From: Deltaproteobacteria bacterium
GTDB taxonomy: Bacteria; Desulfobacterota; Binatia; Bin18
Reading direction: 5' to 3'
Assembly (NCBI GenBank): GCA_009692435.1
Contig: SHZE01000003.1
Span: forward strand, 797 to 64,796
DNA: 64,000 bases
In this document: piece by piece, positions 46,500 through 55,537 of the stretch
Position numbering within the stretch: the first letter of the stretch is position 1
Layout: every line of letters begins with the position of its first letter
Translations under genes and position numbers: made by a program
Notes under the pieces: generated by a model
What the model was told of the DNA's origin: nothing
Database searches by the model: none
The model's input: only the letters and a program-made list of their open reading frames with translations

Positions 46500-47857
46500 A
46501 CGCCAACCTCCGTAACGTTATTAAATTGGCCCTGGGCACGGTGGGCTGCTTTGCCCTGCTGCTAGCGATCCAAATGATCTTGGTCAGCAAGAATCATCGT
46601 ATTGATCTGACACCGGAAAAGAAGTTCACCCTCTCGCCCCGCACGGCACAGATTGTCAAGAATCTCCAGAAGGACGTGCAGGCGCTGGCGTTCATCAACA
46701 GTGATCGTCCAGAGAATTTTTTCGTCGAAGACATGATGGGGCGCATGGCCAGTCTGTCGAAGCACTTCCACTATTCCATTATCGACATGAATCGCAATCC
46801 CGCGCTCGCGCGCCAATACCACGCGTTCCAGTACGGGACGTTGGTGTTCGAATCGGATGGACAAAGCAAGGGCACGATGCTCTCAAGTGGCGAAAGCGCC
46901 GTGGCCTCCATCCTCCTGCAAGTCACGCGCAACAAGGAAAAAACCATCTATTTCCTCACAGGTCACGGCGAAGGCAGTCTTGGGGCGGATGTTCCACAAG
47001 GCGGCTATTCCAAATTACGCGGGGCCATCGCCGACGAGACCTATCATGAGAAAACCCTTGTCCTTTCCGTAAGTACCCAAGTGCCGGACGACGCGGATGT
47101 CCTGGTCATTCTCGGCCCCAAAGGTCCATTTCCCGCCAGCGAACTCGCCGCGCTTGACGCCTATATCCAACGGGGTGGCGCACTTTTTGTCTTGCTTGAC
47201 GTCAACGGTTCGCCCTCATTGGTGCCGTTCTTGGAGCGGTACAATATCCGTCTCCCGAACTTGGTCGCCGTGGACCCCACCAAGCGTTTGTACGCGGGCG
47301 AGATGATCACCTACCGTGTTTCGGCGACAGCCAAGACCCATCCCATGCTCCTCTCGGTCAATGCTCCGCCAATCTTCTCGCTCGCCCGCATGGTTGAAGT
47401 GCGGCAAGACCTGGACAAGGGCATCACCGCGCGCCCCATCCTCGCAACATCAGGAGAAGGGTTCGCTACCGCGATGAGCAACATCAACCAAGCAGGACTC
47501 GCGACGTTTAACGCCGAGACTGATACCCCAGGACCCGTGCCGATCGCCGGCGAAGTCGATATCAAGAGGGAGGAGAAGATCGGTCGCGTGGCTGTCTTCG
47601 GCGATGCCGACATGCTAAACAACAATTTGCTTGATCAGGGCGGCAATCGCGATCTTTTCATCAATGCAATCAATTGGTTAGCCGAGGATCAAGAGATTCT
47701 CGGCGAGCGCCCCTCGCGAGAACAGCCTTTTGTCACAACCTTTACTCCGACTGACGCGGATGGCCGGTGGCTCCTCACCATGAGCACCGTGGTGATTCCG
47801 GGACTATTCCTACTGACCGGAATCTCCGTTTTCTTATGGCGGAGGCAGCACGGATGA
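46496..47857 (+). CDS. GldG-like ABC-transporter auxiliary protein
   Basis: The start overlaps the permease stop as ATGA. It has N- and C-terminal TM anchors and a large periplasmic domain (DLTPEKKFTLSPRT..). Confidence 0.85.
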   Translation: MNANLRNVIKLALGTVGCFALLLAIQMILVSKNHRIDLTPEKKFTLSPRTAQIVKNLQKDVQALAFINSDRPENFFVEDMMGRMASLSKHFHYSIIDMNRNPALARQYHAFQYGTLVFESDGQSKGTMLSSGESAVASILLQVTRNKEKTIYFLTGHGEGSLGADVPQGGYSKLRGAIADETYHEKTLVLSVSTQVPDDADVLVILGPKGPFPASELAALDAYIQRGGALFVLLDVNGSPSLVPFLERYNIRLPNLVAVDPTKRLYAGEMITYRVSATAKTHPMLLSVNAPPIFSLARMVEVRQDLDKGITARPILATSGEGFATAMSNINQAGLATFNAETDTPGPVPIAGEVDIKREEKIGRVAVFGDADMLNNNLLDQGGNRDLFINAINWLAEDQEILGERPSREQPFVTTFTPTDADGRWLLTMSTVVIPGLFLLTGISVFLWRRQHG

Positions 47858-48405
47858 GCTGGAAGAAAGTCGGTCTCTATTATCTCCTCGCTACGGTCTT
47901 TGGGGCGTATTTCTTTCTCGTTGAATGGCGCCCGCCCAAGAAAATAGGACTCGCGGCGCCTGCTCCCACGGCGCAAGAGAGCCAATTCCTCGCTATCGCG
48001 CGCGACAACATCCATGGACTGATGCTGAAACGCCCCAACCTCACGCTGACATTTCGACGCGATGGACAACGGTGGACGGTCGTGGAACCAGCTGGGCTAG
48101 AGGTCCCCTCGGACCTGTTGACGAGTTTCGTCGAAAATCTCACACCGACAAAACAAATCATCATCATCGCGAAAGACCCCAAGGATTTCACTCCCTTTGG
48201 ACTGAATCCGCCCAATACTTCGGTTGTGATCCAGGACAAAACCGGCAAGGATGTGGCCACCGTTTCCCTTGGAGGGACAAATCCCACGTCCTCTTCCATT
48301 TACGCCCGGATCGAACCCTCTCCACAGGTCTATCTTTTAGGGCAGAGCGTTAGTTATTACGCACAACTGGTTTTCGAGAAGGTCAATGGGAAGCAGAACG
48401 AGTAA
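47854..48405 (+). CDS. DUF4340-like protein
   Basis: The start overlaps the GldG-like stop as ATGA. It has an N-terminal TM segment. The position after GldG is typical of DUF4340. Confidence 0.75.
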   Translation: MSWKKVGLYYLLATVFGAYFFLVEWRPPKKIGLAAPAPTAQESQFLAIARDNIHGLMLKRPNLTLTFRRDGQRWTVVEPAGLEVPSDLLTSFVENLTPTKQIIIIAKDPKDFTPFGLNPPNTSVVIQDKTGKDVATVSLGGTNPTSSSIYARIEPSPQVYLLGQSVSYYAQLVFEKVNGKQNE

Positions 48406-49051
48406 TCGGTCACCAGTTATTAGTGACCAGTTCTCTGTTATCAGTCGGCGGTCGGCAGTCAGCAGTCGCCACGCCTCAAGACAAAAACTCTGGAAGACAC
48501 CCAGGATTTTCTGTCTCTCCTTCTGCCTCTTGCTACTCTCCGCCTGTTCGCGACCTCAGGGCAACTCCACAAAAACGGACCTCACTCAGTACATTGACAC
48601 CGCCCGCTCATGGGCAGCCACGGAATTGCAAATTAACGCGGCTATCGCCAAAGTCCGCGAAGATCAATTTGTCCACGATGACCTGATTCTTGCCACCCTA
48701 CGACCTGTCGTTAGCGTTTCTCAGAAATACGTCCAGCAATTAGAAAACCATCATCCACGCACCCCGCCATTACGGAATGTCCATTTGGAATATATTGAAG
48801 CCTGGCGAGCTCATTACCTTGCGTTCGCCTCAATGATCGATTCCGTGGAAAAGAAAGACTATATCCAGCTTGCGAAAGCCAGTGACGACCTGCTCGAAGC
48901 GCAACGTTCGGTTGCCGACGCACTTACCGACCTCGCTCGACTGATGCAGGAAGCCGGACTCCGACCCGCTCCCCCTGGAAATCAACAATCGAGACCGCCA
49001 GCATCATCTTCCGCGGGCCCTGCTTCTCAAATGTCACCCAAAGGCATGTAA
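48386..49051 (+). CDS. hypothetical lipoprotein (all-helical)
   Basis: The lipobox is LLLSAC. The long N-terminal region is encoded by a repeat element (48405..48470), so the start is uncertain. Confidence 0.55.
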   Translation: MGSRTSNRSPVISDQFSVISRRSAVSSRHASRQKLWKTPRIFCLSFCLLLLSACSRPQGNSTKTDLTQYIDTARSWAATELQINAAIAKVREDQFVHDDLILATLRPVVSVSQKYVQQLENHHPRTPPLRNVHLEYIEAWRAHYLAFASMIDSVEKKDYIQLAKASDDLLEAQRSVADALTDLARLMQEAGLRPAPPGNQQSRPPASSSAGPASQMSPKGM

Positions 49052-49080
49052 ACTAACCCCTCCCCCAGGTATGACAAAAA

Positions 49081-49115
49081 AATCCCCAGTCTGAATCTAG
49101 ACTGGGGATTTTTTT
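49081..49115 (+). terminator. rho-independent terminator
   Basis: aatccccagtct-gaatc-tagactggggatt is flanked by an A7 run upstream and a T7 run downstream, 30 nt after the stop at 49051. An AT-rich region follows. Confidence 0.8.
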
Positions 49116-49315
49116 GTCAAAAATTTGCATTGCTTGTGTTTTTATTATATACGAGCCTCTGACCTCTACTCTTTATCCACATCTTCAGGAACGAAAGGAG
49201 GGCAGGTCAGACAAGCGGGATACAAGTGGTTTTACTGACGAACTACCGTCGCACCAACGTCATCGGTGCAGGGCACAATGAGGGACTTCTTAAGAAATTT
49301 TGGGCAGGAGGGATC

Positions 49316-51523
49316 ATGCAGATCAGGACAATTTGTAAGAAACTGTTTATCCTATTAGGGTTAGTTGGGACACTCATCACCACAGCTCACTCAACGTGGG
49401 CTTCAACCCGTATCGGTAACGCCGAAATGCAGATGTGGTATCGGATGCGCCATACGTTCCACACCGACGGCGGCAATAACGTCAACTGGGTGCAATGGCG
49501 AAACGAAGCCTTCTTTTGGTTCACCTACGACGATTTTGTGAAAAACGGAAAAATTCTCAACCAGGACAGCCTGGCGATCCCCTTTGTCAAAGGCGCCACA
49601 CTCAACGCCCGCTATCGCTTTCGCGCCGACCCGACGTGGGCCATTCGCGAAAGTTATCGCAACCAATACGACCGACACGAACGCAAGAGTTATCTCTTTC
49701 CCGAGAATGGATTCCGCGACCTCTTCTTGGACCTTGACTTTGGCCAAGTCGGGGTTGGTAAGCTCACCGCGCGTATCGGCAAACAACAGATCGTATGGGG
49801 CGAATCGGATTTGTACCGCTCGATTGACGTCATCAACCCCCTGCGCATTGACCAAAACCAGGGCGCGGGGGAAAAGTTCGATGAGTTTCGTACTCCTCTC
49901 TGGGCTCTTAAACTTAACTACTCCATCGGCAATGTGGGGTCGATGTTCTCGAACGTCTTCATTGAGCCTTTCTACACACCTGGATTTCGTGGGCCGAGTT
50001 CCGATCTGATTATGGACGGGCTGGCCTTCCGCGCGCCGGTCCATATCAAGGGCTGTCTGAACGACGACAATAAGCTCGTGGATTATCGAGCGGAGAATTG
50101 CTCATTCCGACGGGCGGATGGGTCGCGGGTGTTCGTGCCGTGGAACCCAACGTGGCGAGGCCGGCAACAGTCTCGCCATCCGTGGGCGTTCATAAGCCGG
50201 GGGACGAATCCACGGTCCGGCTCTCCCGATTTTGACAGTTCGTCAGATTCCCCAGACATCGCGAACTCGCGCGTCACATATTTGCCCCAGGTCTACAGGG
50301 GCAGTTGCAAAGGGCCGCTGAATGGCCTGTGGAATTTCTGTACCACCGCGATGGGATTCCGTATCTTCGGTACCAGTGTGGGCGGGTTCGATTTTTCGCT
50401 GAACTATGCCAATATCCCACAAGGGGTCCAGGGCACATTCAATTTTAGTGATGTCTTTGGCGCGAAGGTCTACGGCGACGCGGACACCTCGCAAAAACTC
50501 GGACTCGGCACCCCCACCGGCAGCTTTGAAGAAGGCTTACGGCGTTGTCTAGACGCCAAAGGGCGCGGCAACACTCCTAGGAATCACAAATCCCAAAACT
50601 CCGGCTCTGTGGCCACGATCTTGGTCGGAGCGGATCTTGCCGGCTACAACCATCCAGGCCGCTTCAGAAGCAACAATAAGAACGGCGTCCTCAATAACAA
50701 TGGCGAGCCGCTCCCAGGGAAACACAACGCCGTACGGCTTCCGCGGACGGACTGTTTTCCCGCGAATTACCATTGGACCAGAACCCATGTCACCGGCTTT
50801 ACCTCGACCTACAATGACTTCGAGTACACCGGGATGGTCTTCCGGTTAGAGGAAAGTTTCAGTAGCAAAGAGTATGTCCGGAAGCTGCCGATCGGCAGTG
50901 GACGCAACGCAAAGCTGACGGATCCTAGGACCCTTGACCGGCTGCTGAAATTCTCGGTCAACAAGGACTACCACACGTTTACGCCGGTGTGGCGGTCGAT
51001 GGTGGGGTTTGACTTGCTCAAATCGGTTCCATCGTTCAAGTACATTCCGTTCCTGCATCATTCCTTCTCCGACCAAGCCTGGTTCTTCACGGGGCAATGG
51101 TTGATGAAGAACCAATGGAGCAACGTCGCCAACCCACTGTGCTACGCGGTGGACAACGGCGGCAATGGGCTCACCAATGCGGATGCGAAGCGACTGTCGC
51201 GGGCGGATGGCAAACGCCACTACGCGAACGCGCAGTGTCGGAACTACCGCTGGAACCACCTCCTCACCTTGGCCGCCGTCAACCAAGGGTTATTCGCGAG
51301 CCGGGTGGAAACCCGCAACGCGGTTGTGTACGAGCCACGCGCGAAGGACTGGTTGTTGTTCTCGCAATGGTGGTGGCGCAACGTGCTGGGGATGGAAGCC
51401 GTCGAATTGTCGGCGGGCGTCTCCTGGTATCCCGGCAGCAGCATGAGTCAAGGCTGGACCGGCCTCTATGGCTTCGCCGACCGTGATCAGTTGTGGCTTG
51501 AGTTTACCTACTATCTGCTCTAA
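49316..51523 (+). CDS. DUF1302-family outer-membrane protein
   Basis: ATG 49316 follows GGAGG. The signal peptide ends HSTWA. The motif GKQQIVWGESDLYRSIDVINPLRID matches the remembered DUF1302 GRQ.V.WGES....IN..NP.D pattern, and the C-terminus is aromatic-rich (FTYYLL). Confidence 0.8.
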   Translation: MQIRTICKKLFILLGLVGTLITTAHSTWASTRIGNAEMQMWYRMRHTFHTDGGNNVNWVQWRNEAFFWFTYDDFVKNGKILNQDSLAIPFVKGATLNARYRFRADPTWAIRESYRNQYDRHERKSYLFPENGFRDLFLDLDFGQVGVGKLTARIGKQQIVWGESDLYRSIDVINPLRIDQNQGAGEKFDEFRTPLWALKLNYSIGNVGSMFSNVFIEPFYTPGFRGPSSDLIMDGLAFRAPVHIKGCLNDDNKLVDYRAENCSFRRADGSRVFVPWNPTWRGRQQSRHPWAFISRGTNPRSGSPDFDSSSDSPDIANSRVTYLPQVYRGSCKGPLNGLWNFCTTAMGFRIFGTSVGGFDFSLNYANIPQGVQGTFNFSDVFGAKVYGDADTSQKLGLGTPTGSFEEGLRRCLDAKGRGNTPRNHKSQNSGSVATILVGADLAGYNHPGRFRSNNKNGVLNNNGEPLPGKHNAVRLPRTDCFPANYHWTRTHVTGFTSTYNDFEYTGMVFRLEESFSSKEYVRKLPIGSGRNAKLTDPRTLDRLLKFSVNKDYHTFTPVWRSMVGFDLLKSVPSFKYIPFLHHSFSDQAWFFTGQWLMKNQWSNVANPLCYAVDNGGNGLTNADAKRLSRADGKRHYANAQCRNYRWNHLLTLAAVNQGLFASRVETRNAVVYEPRAKDWLLFSQWWWRNVLGMEAVELSAGVSWYPGSSMSQGWTGLYGFADRDQLWLEFTYYLL

Positions 51524-51575
51524 CTGGGAGTAATTTTCTTTCGACACGGGGGGAAATCACAACAGGTGAAAAACC

Positions 51576-51608
51576 AAAGGGTCGGGCTCCTCCCGACCCT
51601 TTTTGTTT
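51576..51608 (+). terminator. rho-independent terminator
   Basis: aaagggtcggg-ctcct-cccgacccttt is followed by TTTGTTTG. Confidence 0.8.
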
Positions 51609-51772
51609 GCGCGCGCCACTCCAGGCCCTCGTGGCTCCGGTGCCCCGGTCCGGTTCTCCCCCTCACCCTTGACATTTTCGCTAAAAAATAGGAAATGACT
51701 GGGCCGGAGAATCTTCCCACCAGGGAAGAAAGACATTCCACTTTCTCACTCATGCAAAGGGAGGTTAGTTAT

Positions 51773-52912
51773 ATGGTGTATCAGGAGGGGAGGCGTTTCC
51801 AACGCCACCTGAGCCTAGTTGTAGCGTCTCTTGCTGTTGCCGTGACGTTGGGACTCGTAGGTTGTCATGGCGAAGAACACGCAGTCAAGTTGAACGACGA
51901 TCTCGTTCGCCGCACTGACAAGTTTTTTGATGTCGCGCACGTCAGCGGCGGCACATTCGTCATAGTTGGGTATGATGGGCGCATTTTACGTAGCGAGGAC
52001 AATGGCGGCAGTTGGAAAGAAATTGCACGACCCACAAACTTTAGCTTAACCCAAGTTTCGTTCGTCGGAGAGAATGGATGGGCGGTCGGTCACCAAGGCA
52101 CGGTGGTCAGCACCCGTGACGGTGGCAAGACCTGGACTCTCCAAAAATCCAACACCACCAAAGCCCTCTTCTCTGTCTCCTTCGTTGATCAGAATCATGG
52201 CTGGGCCTGTGGCGACGAATCGACCTGGCTCTGGACCGATAATGGCGGCGAGACGTGGACAGCGGAACGCATGGAAGTGTCGCAAGTGGGCCTCTCTGAA
52301 CAAACCACCTTGGCGGTTCCCGACATCATCTACTACGGGGTCCAGTTCATCGATTCACAAAACGGCTGGATGATCGGTGAATACGGTAACATCCGCCATA
52401 CCGCCGACGGCGGGAAGACCTGGGACTCGCAACATGAATCCCTCCTCGACCAAATGGTCGCAAAAGGTGGCAACAAAGACGTGATGGCTCTGGGTGCGTT
52501 CTTCCGGGTCCAGTTCACTGACCCGCAAAACGGAATCATCGTTGGCGCCGCTGGTGCGATCGCGACCACCAACGATGGCGGCACCAAATGGCAATGGGTC
52601 TCTCGTGAAGGCGATAAACCAGATGTGCCGCCGCTACACATATACAACGCGGTGCTCCCTGGACAAAATGGGCATGTCGTCGCCACTGGAACGAACGGGC
52701 TCGTACTCCTTTCGGAAAATAAGGGAGCCGATTGGAAACCGGCGACCATTCCTGGTGGCGTGTTTACCTGGATCAACGGGATCGCCTTCTCTCCTGAAGG
52801 AAAAGGGGTTTTAGTGGGCGGCAAAGGGCTTATTCTGCTATCCGACGATGCAGGACAGTCGTGGCGGGCATTTGAAGAAAAAAAGGGCGCGGCCAAAGCA
52901 GCTCATAGCTAG
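51773..52912 (+). CDS. BNR/Ycf48-like beta-propeller lipoprotein
   Basis: The lipobox is LVGC. Sialidase-type D.GG.W repeats recur (DNGGSWK, DGGKTWT, DNGGETWT, DGGKTWD, DGGTKWQ, DAGQSWR). Confidence 0.85.
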   Translation: MVYQEGRRFQRHLSLVVASLAVAVTLGLVGCHGEEHAVKLNDDLVRRTDKFFDVAHVSGGTFVIVGYDGRILRSEDNGGSWKEIARPTNFSLTQVSFVGENGWAVGHQGTVVSTRDGGKTWTLQKSNTTKALFSVSFVDQNHGWACGDESTWLWTDNGGETWTAERMEVSQVGLSEQTTLAVPDIIYYGVQFIDSQNGWMIGEYGNIRHTADGGKTWDSQHESLLDQMVAKGGNKDVMALGAFFRVQFTDPQNGIIVGAAGAIATTNDGGTKWQWVSREGDKPDVPPLHIYNAVLPGQNGHVVATGTNGLVLLSENKGADWKPATIPGGVFTWINGIAFSPEGKGVLVGGKGLILLSDDAGQSWRAFEEKKGAAKAAHS

Positions 52913-52969
52913 GACAAGAACTGTTGGCGCAATTCCATTCCCTCTCGTAAGGAAAAAGGAGACACGACC

Positions 52970-55354
52970 GTGGCAGAAGAAACAAAGTTATCGACTCTCG
53001 AAGAAGCGATGCGGAGTAAAGCAGCGCTCTATCGTATTGGTGCTAGTCTCATCAAGCTGCGTATCCCCATCATACTCATTAGCGGGCTTTTCACCGCTTA
53101 CATGGGCTATAGGGCCGCGGGGTTGCAGATGCAGACGGCATTTAATGACCTCCTCCCGTACCGCCATCCCTTCGTCCAAGTCCACTTCAAGTTTGCCAAC
53201 CAATTTGGCGGCGCCAATAACATCAATGTTATGATCAAGGTCGACAAGGGCGATGTCTTCACCAAGGAGATGCTCAAGAAGATCTTCGATATGACCCTGG
53301 CTCTGGACAGGGTGGTTGGTGTCAATCATGACCAGGTCGCCTCAATTGGTCACCGCACCACCCGCTACCTGACGGTGCTGGGAGGAACCATCGCCACGCC
53401 CCCGGTCATGCGGCGGCCTCCCAAAACCGATGAAGAAGTCGAAGAGATCAAGAAGATTTGTTACAACACCGATTCGATTTACGGTCAGCTTGTTTCTCTG
53501 AACGGCCAGGCATTACTCATTAAAGCCAACTTTATTGAAGGGCGTCTCGACTACCGGCGGATCTTTGACGAGGTCAAACGGACGGTCATCGAACCCTTTG
53601 AGACTTCTGAACACACCATTTGGGTCGCTGGCGAACCGCAACTGTACGGCTGGATTTATTACTACGCGAACGAAGTCTTTTATATCTTCCTCGGCGCCAC
53701 GGTCTTCTGTTGGTTCCTGCTCTACGCCTACTTCCACGACTGGCGCGGTGCCCTCAGGCCAACCATCACTGGTGTGATTTCGGCAATGTGGGGTCTTGGG
53801 ATGCAGGCGATCATGGGGTACTCAATGGACCCCCTCGCGCTGGTCATCCCCTTCTTCGTCACTGCTCGCGCGGTCAGCCATTCGGTGCAGATGCATGATC
53901 GTTACTATGAAGAATATCGCAAGTGGAACTGGGATAAAGAAAAAGCCATCGTTGCCTCCTTCGCGGAACTCTTTGTCCCAACCATGAGTGGGATTATTAC
54001 TGACGCGCTGGGCATGCTCGTCATTGTCATCGTGCCAGTGGTTATCCTTCAACGCATCGCGATTTCCGCCTCCATCTGGGTCGCGTCGGTGGCGATCAGT
54101 GAATTGCTCCTGAACCCAATTGTCTACTACTACCTCAAAGCACCAGAGAAAGAAAAAGTCCTGAGACGAGAGGTTGGCATCTTCCAGCGCGTCATGGACG
54201 TCAGCGCGACCTGGATTGTCCAACCACGTAACGCGAAGGCCATTGTGGCCTTTTGGGTCATTGCCTTCTTGCTTTCCCTGACCCAAATCCAACATATCAC
54301 GATAGGTGATCCCACGGCGTCAACCCCGTTGTTAAATGAAAACTCCCCCTACAACCTGGCTCATCTCGAGATTCAGAAATACTTCGGTGGTATCGAACCA
54401 CTCGTCATCGTCGTTGAGGGTCGCGATAAAGATGTACTGAAGGATCCGAACCTCCTGCGCACAATGGAGAAATTCCAACGGGCGCTCGAACGCGATCCGG
54501 ACGTGGGTTACAGCTTCTCGCTAGCCGATATCGTATCGTCGATCAACATGACTTTTTATGACCTGCAGCCTCGCTGGTCGGTGATCCCGGCGGAAATCCC
54601 GAAGATCAGCTCCTTGTTCTTCTATTACTTCGCCGGTGCCCCTCCAGGCGAGACCTCTCGGTTCCTTGATCCGAGTTATCGGACCTCCCACGTCACGTTC
54701 TTCGCCAAAAACCACCAGGGAGACAACGTTGAACGCATTCTCAAAGAAGCGGAAACGTTCGTCAAGGAAAACCCAATGGAGAAGGCCGATTTCCGCTTGG
54801 CTGGAGGTCTCATCGGTATCACCGCCGCCGCCAACCGCGAAATTCTGAAGAACGACATTTTGATGCAGATCCTGGGCTTCGGCACCATCTTCATCATCGT
54901 CATGTTCACCTACCGTTCAGCGGTGGCCTCGCTGGTGATGATGATCGGTCTGTTCCTCGCGAATGGTGTCGTCAATGCGTATATGGGATACCGGAATATT
55001 GGCATCAACCTCCAGTCATTGCCGATTGTGACGGTGGGTGTCGGCTTCGGCATTGATTACGCCTTATATATCGTGAGTCGCGCGGTCGAAGAGTACAAAG
55101 GCGACGTCACGGAAGCGGTTCGCCGAGGACTCGCGACATCAGGAAAAGCGGTGACGTTCACCGCGATCACGCTCGTGATGGCCACAATGCTGTGGACATT
55201 CTCCAATATCCGTTTCTGTTCGGAAATGGGGCTCCTGCTCGCCCTGTGGATGGGCATCAGCTTCTTTGGGTCGTGCACCTTCGTGCCCGCCCTGCTGGTG
55301 TTGGTGAAACCGAAGTTCTTCCTCCGGGCCGCGGAAGAAGGCATTATCGGGTAG
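52970..55354 (+). CDS. RND-superfamily exporter, COG1033/MMPL(HpnN)-like, paralog 2
   Basis: 794 aa. The GTG start follows AAAGGAG. It is colinear with 40238..42589 along its full length. Confidence 0.9.
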   Translation: MAEETKLSTLEEAMRSKAALYRIGASLIKLRIPIILISGLFTAYMGYRAAGLQMQTAFNDLLPYRHPFVQVHFKFANQFGGANNINVMIKVDKGDVFTKEMLKKIFDMTLALDRVVGVNHDQVASIGHRTTRYLTVLGGTIATPPVMRRPPKTDEEVEEIKKICYNTDSIYGQLVSLNGQALLIKANFIEGRLDYRRIFDEVKRTVIEPFETSEHTIWVAGEPQLYGWIYYYANEVFYIFLGATVFCWFLLYAYFHDWRGALRPTITGVISAMWGLGMQAIMGYSMDPLALVIPFFVTARAVSHSVQMHDRYYEEYRKWNWDKEKAIVASFAELFVPTMSGIITDALGMLVIVIVPVVILQRIAISASIWVASVAISELLLNPIVYYYLKAPEKEKVLRREVGIFQRVMDVSATWIVQPRNAKAIVAFWVIAFLLSLTQIQHITIGDPTASTPLLNENSPYNLAHLEIQKYFGGIEPLVIVVEGRDKDVLKDPNLLRTMEKFQRALERDPDVGYSFSLADIVSSINMTFYDLQPRWSVIPAEIPKISSLFFYYFAGAPPGETSRFLDPSYRTSHVTFFAKNHQGDNVERILKEAETFVKENPMEKADFRLAGGLIGITAAANREILKNDILMQILGFGTIFIIVMFTYRSAVASLVMMIGLFLANGVVNAYMGYRNIGINLQSLPIVTVGVGFGIDYALYIVSRAVEEYKGDVTEAVRRGLATSGKAVTFTAITLVMATMLWTFSNIRFCSEMGLLLALWMGISFFGSCTFVPALLVLVKPKFFLRAAEEGIIG

Positions 55355-55413
55355 AACAGGACTAGCTCAGGCGCGGTGCGTGCACCGCGCCATCCGGCAC
55401 CGAACAAAACGTC

Positions 55414-55447
55414 AAAAGGCGGGTCACAAGCCCGCCTTTTCTATTTG
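55414..55447 (+). terminator. rho-independent terminator
   Basis: aaaaggcggg-tcacaag-cccgcctttt is followed by CTATTT. A second GC hairpin lies at 55368..55391. Confidence 0.75.
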
Positions 55448-55537
55448 CGAATGACCGTCTGTGTTTCTCTCGCCCTGGCGCGGCCATGAAAAATATGTGA
55501 AGATGCCCCGCCGAAACCCCAAAAGGAGGAGATGCCA

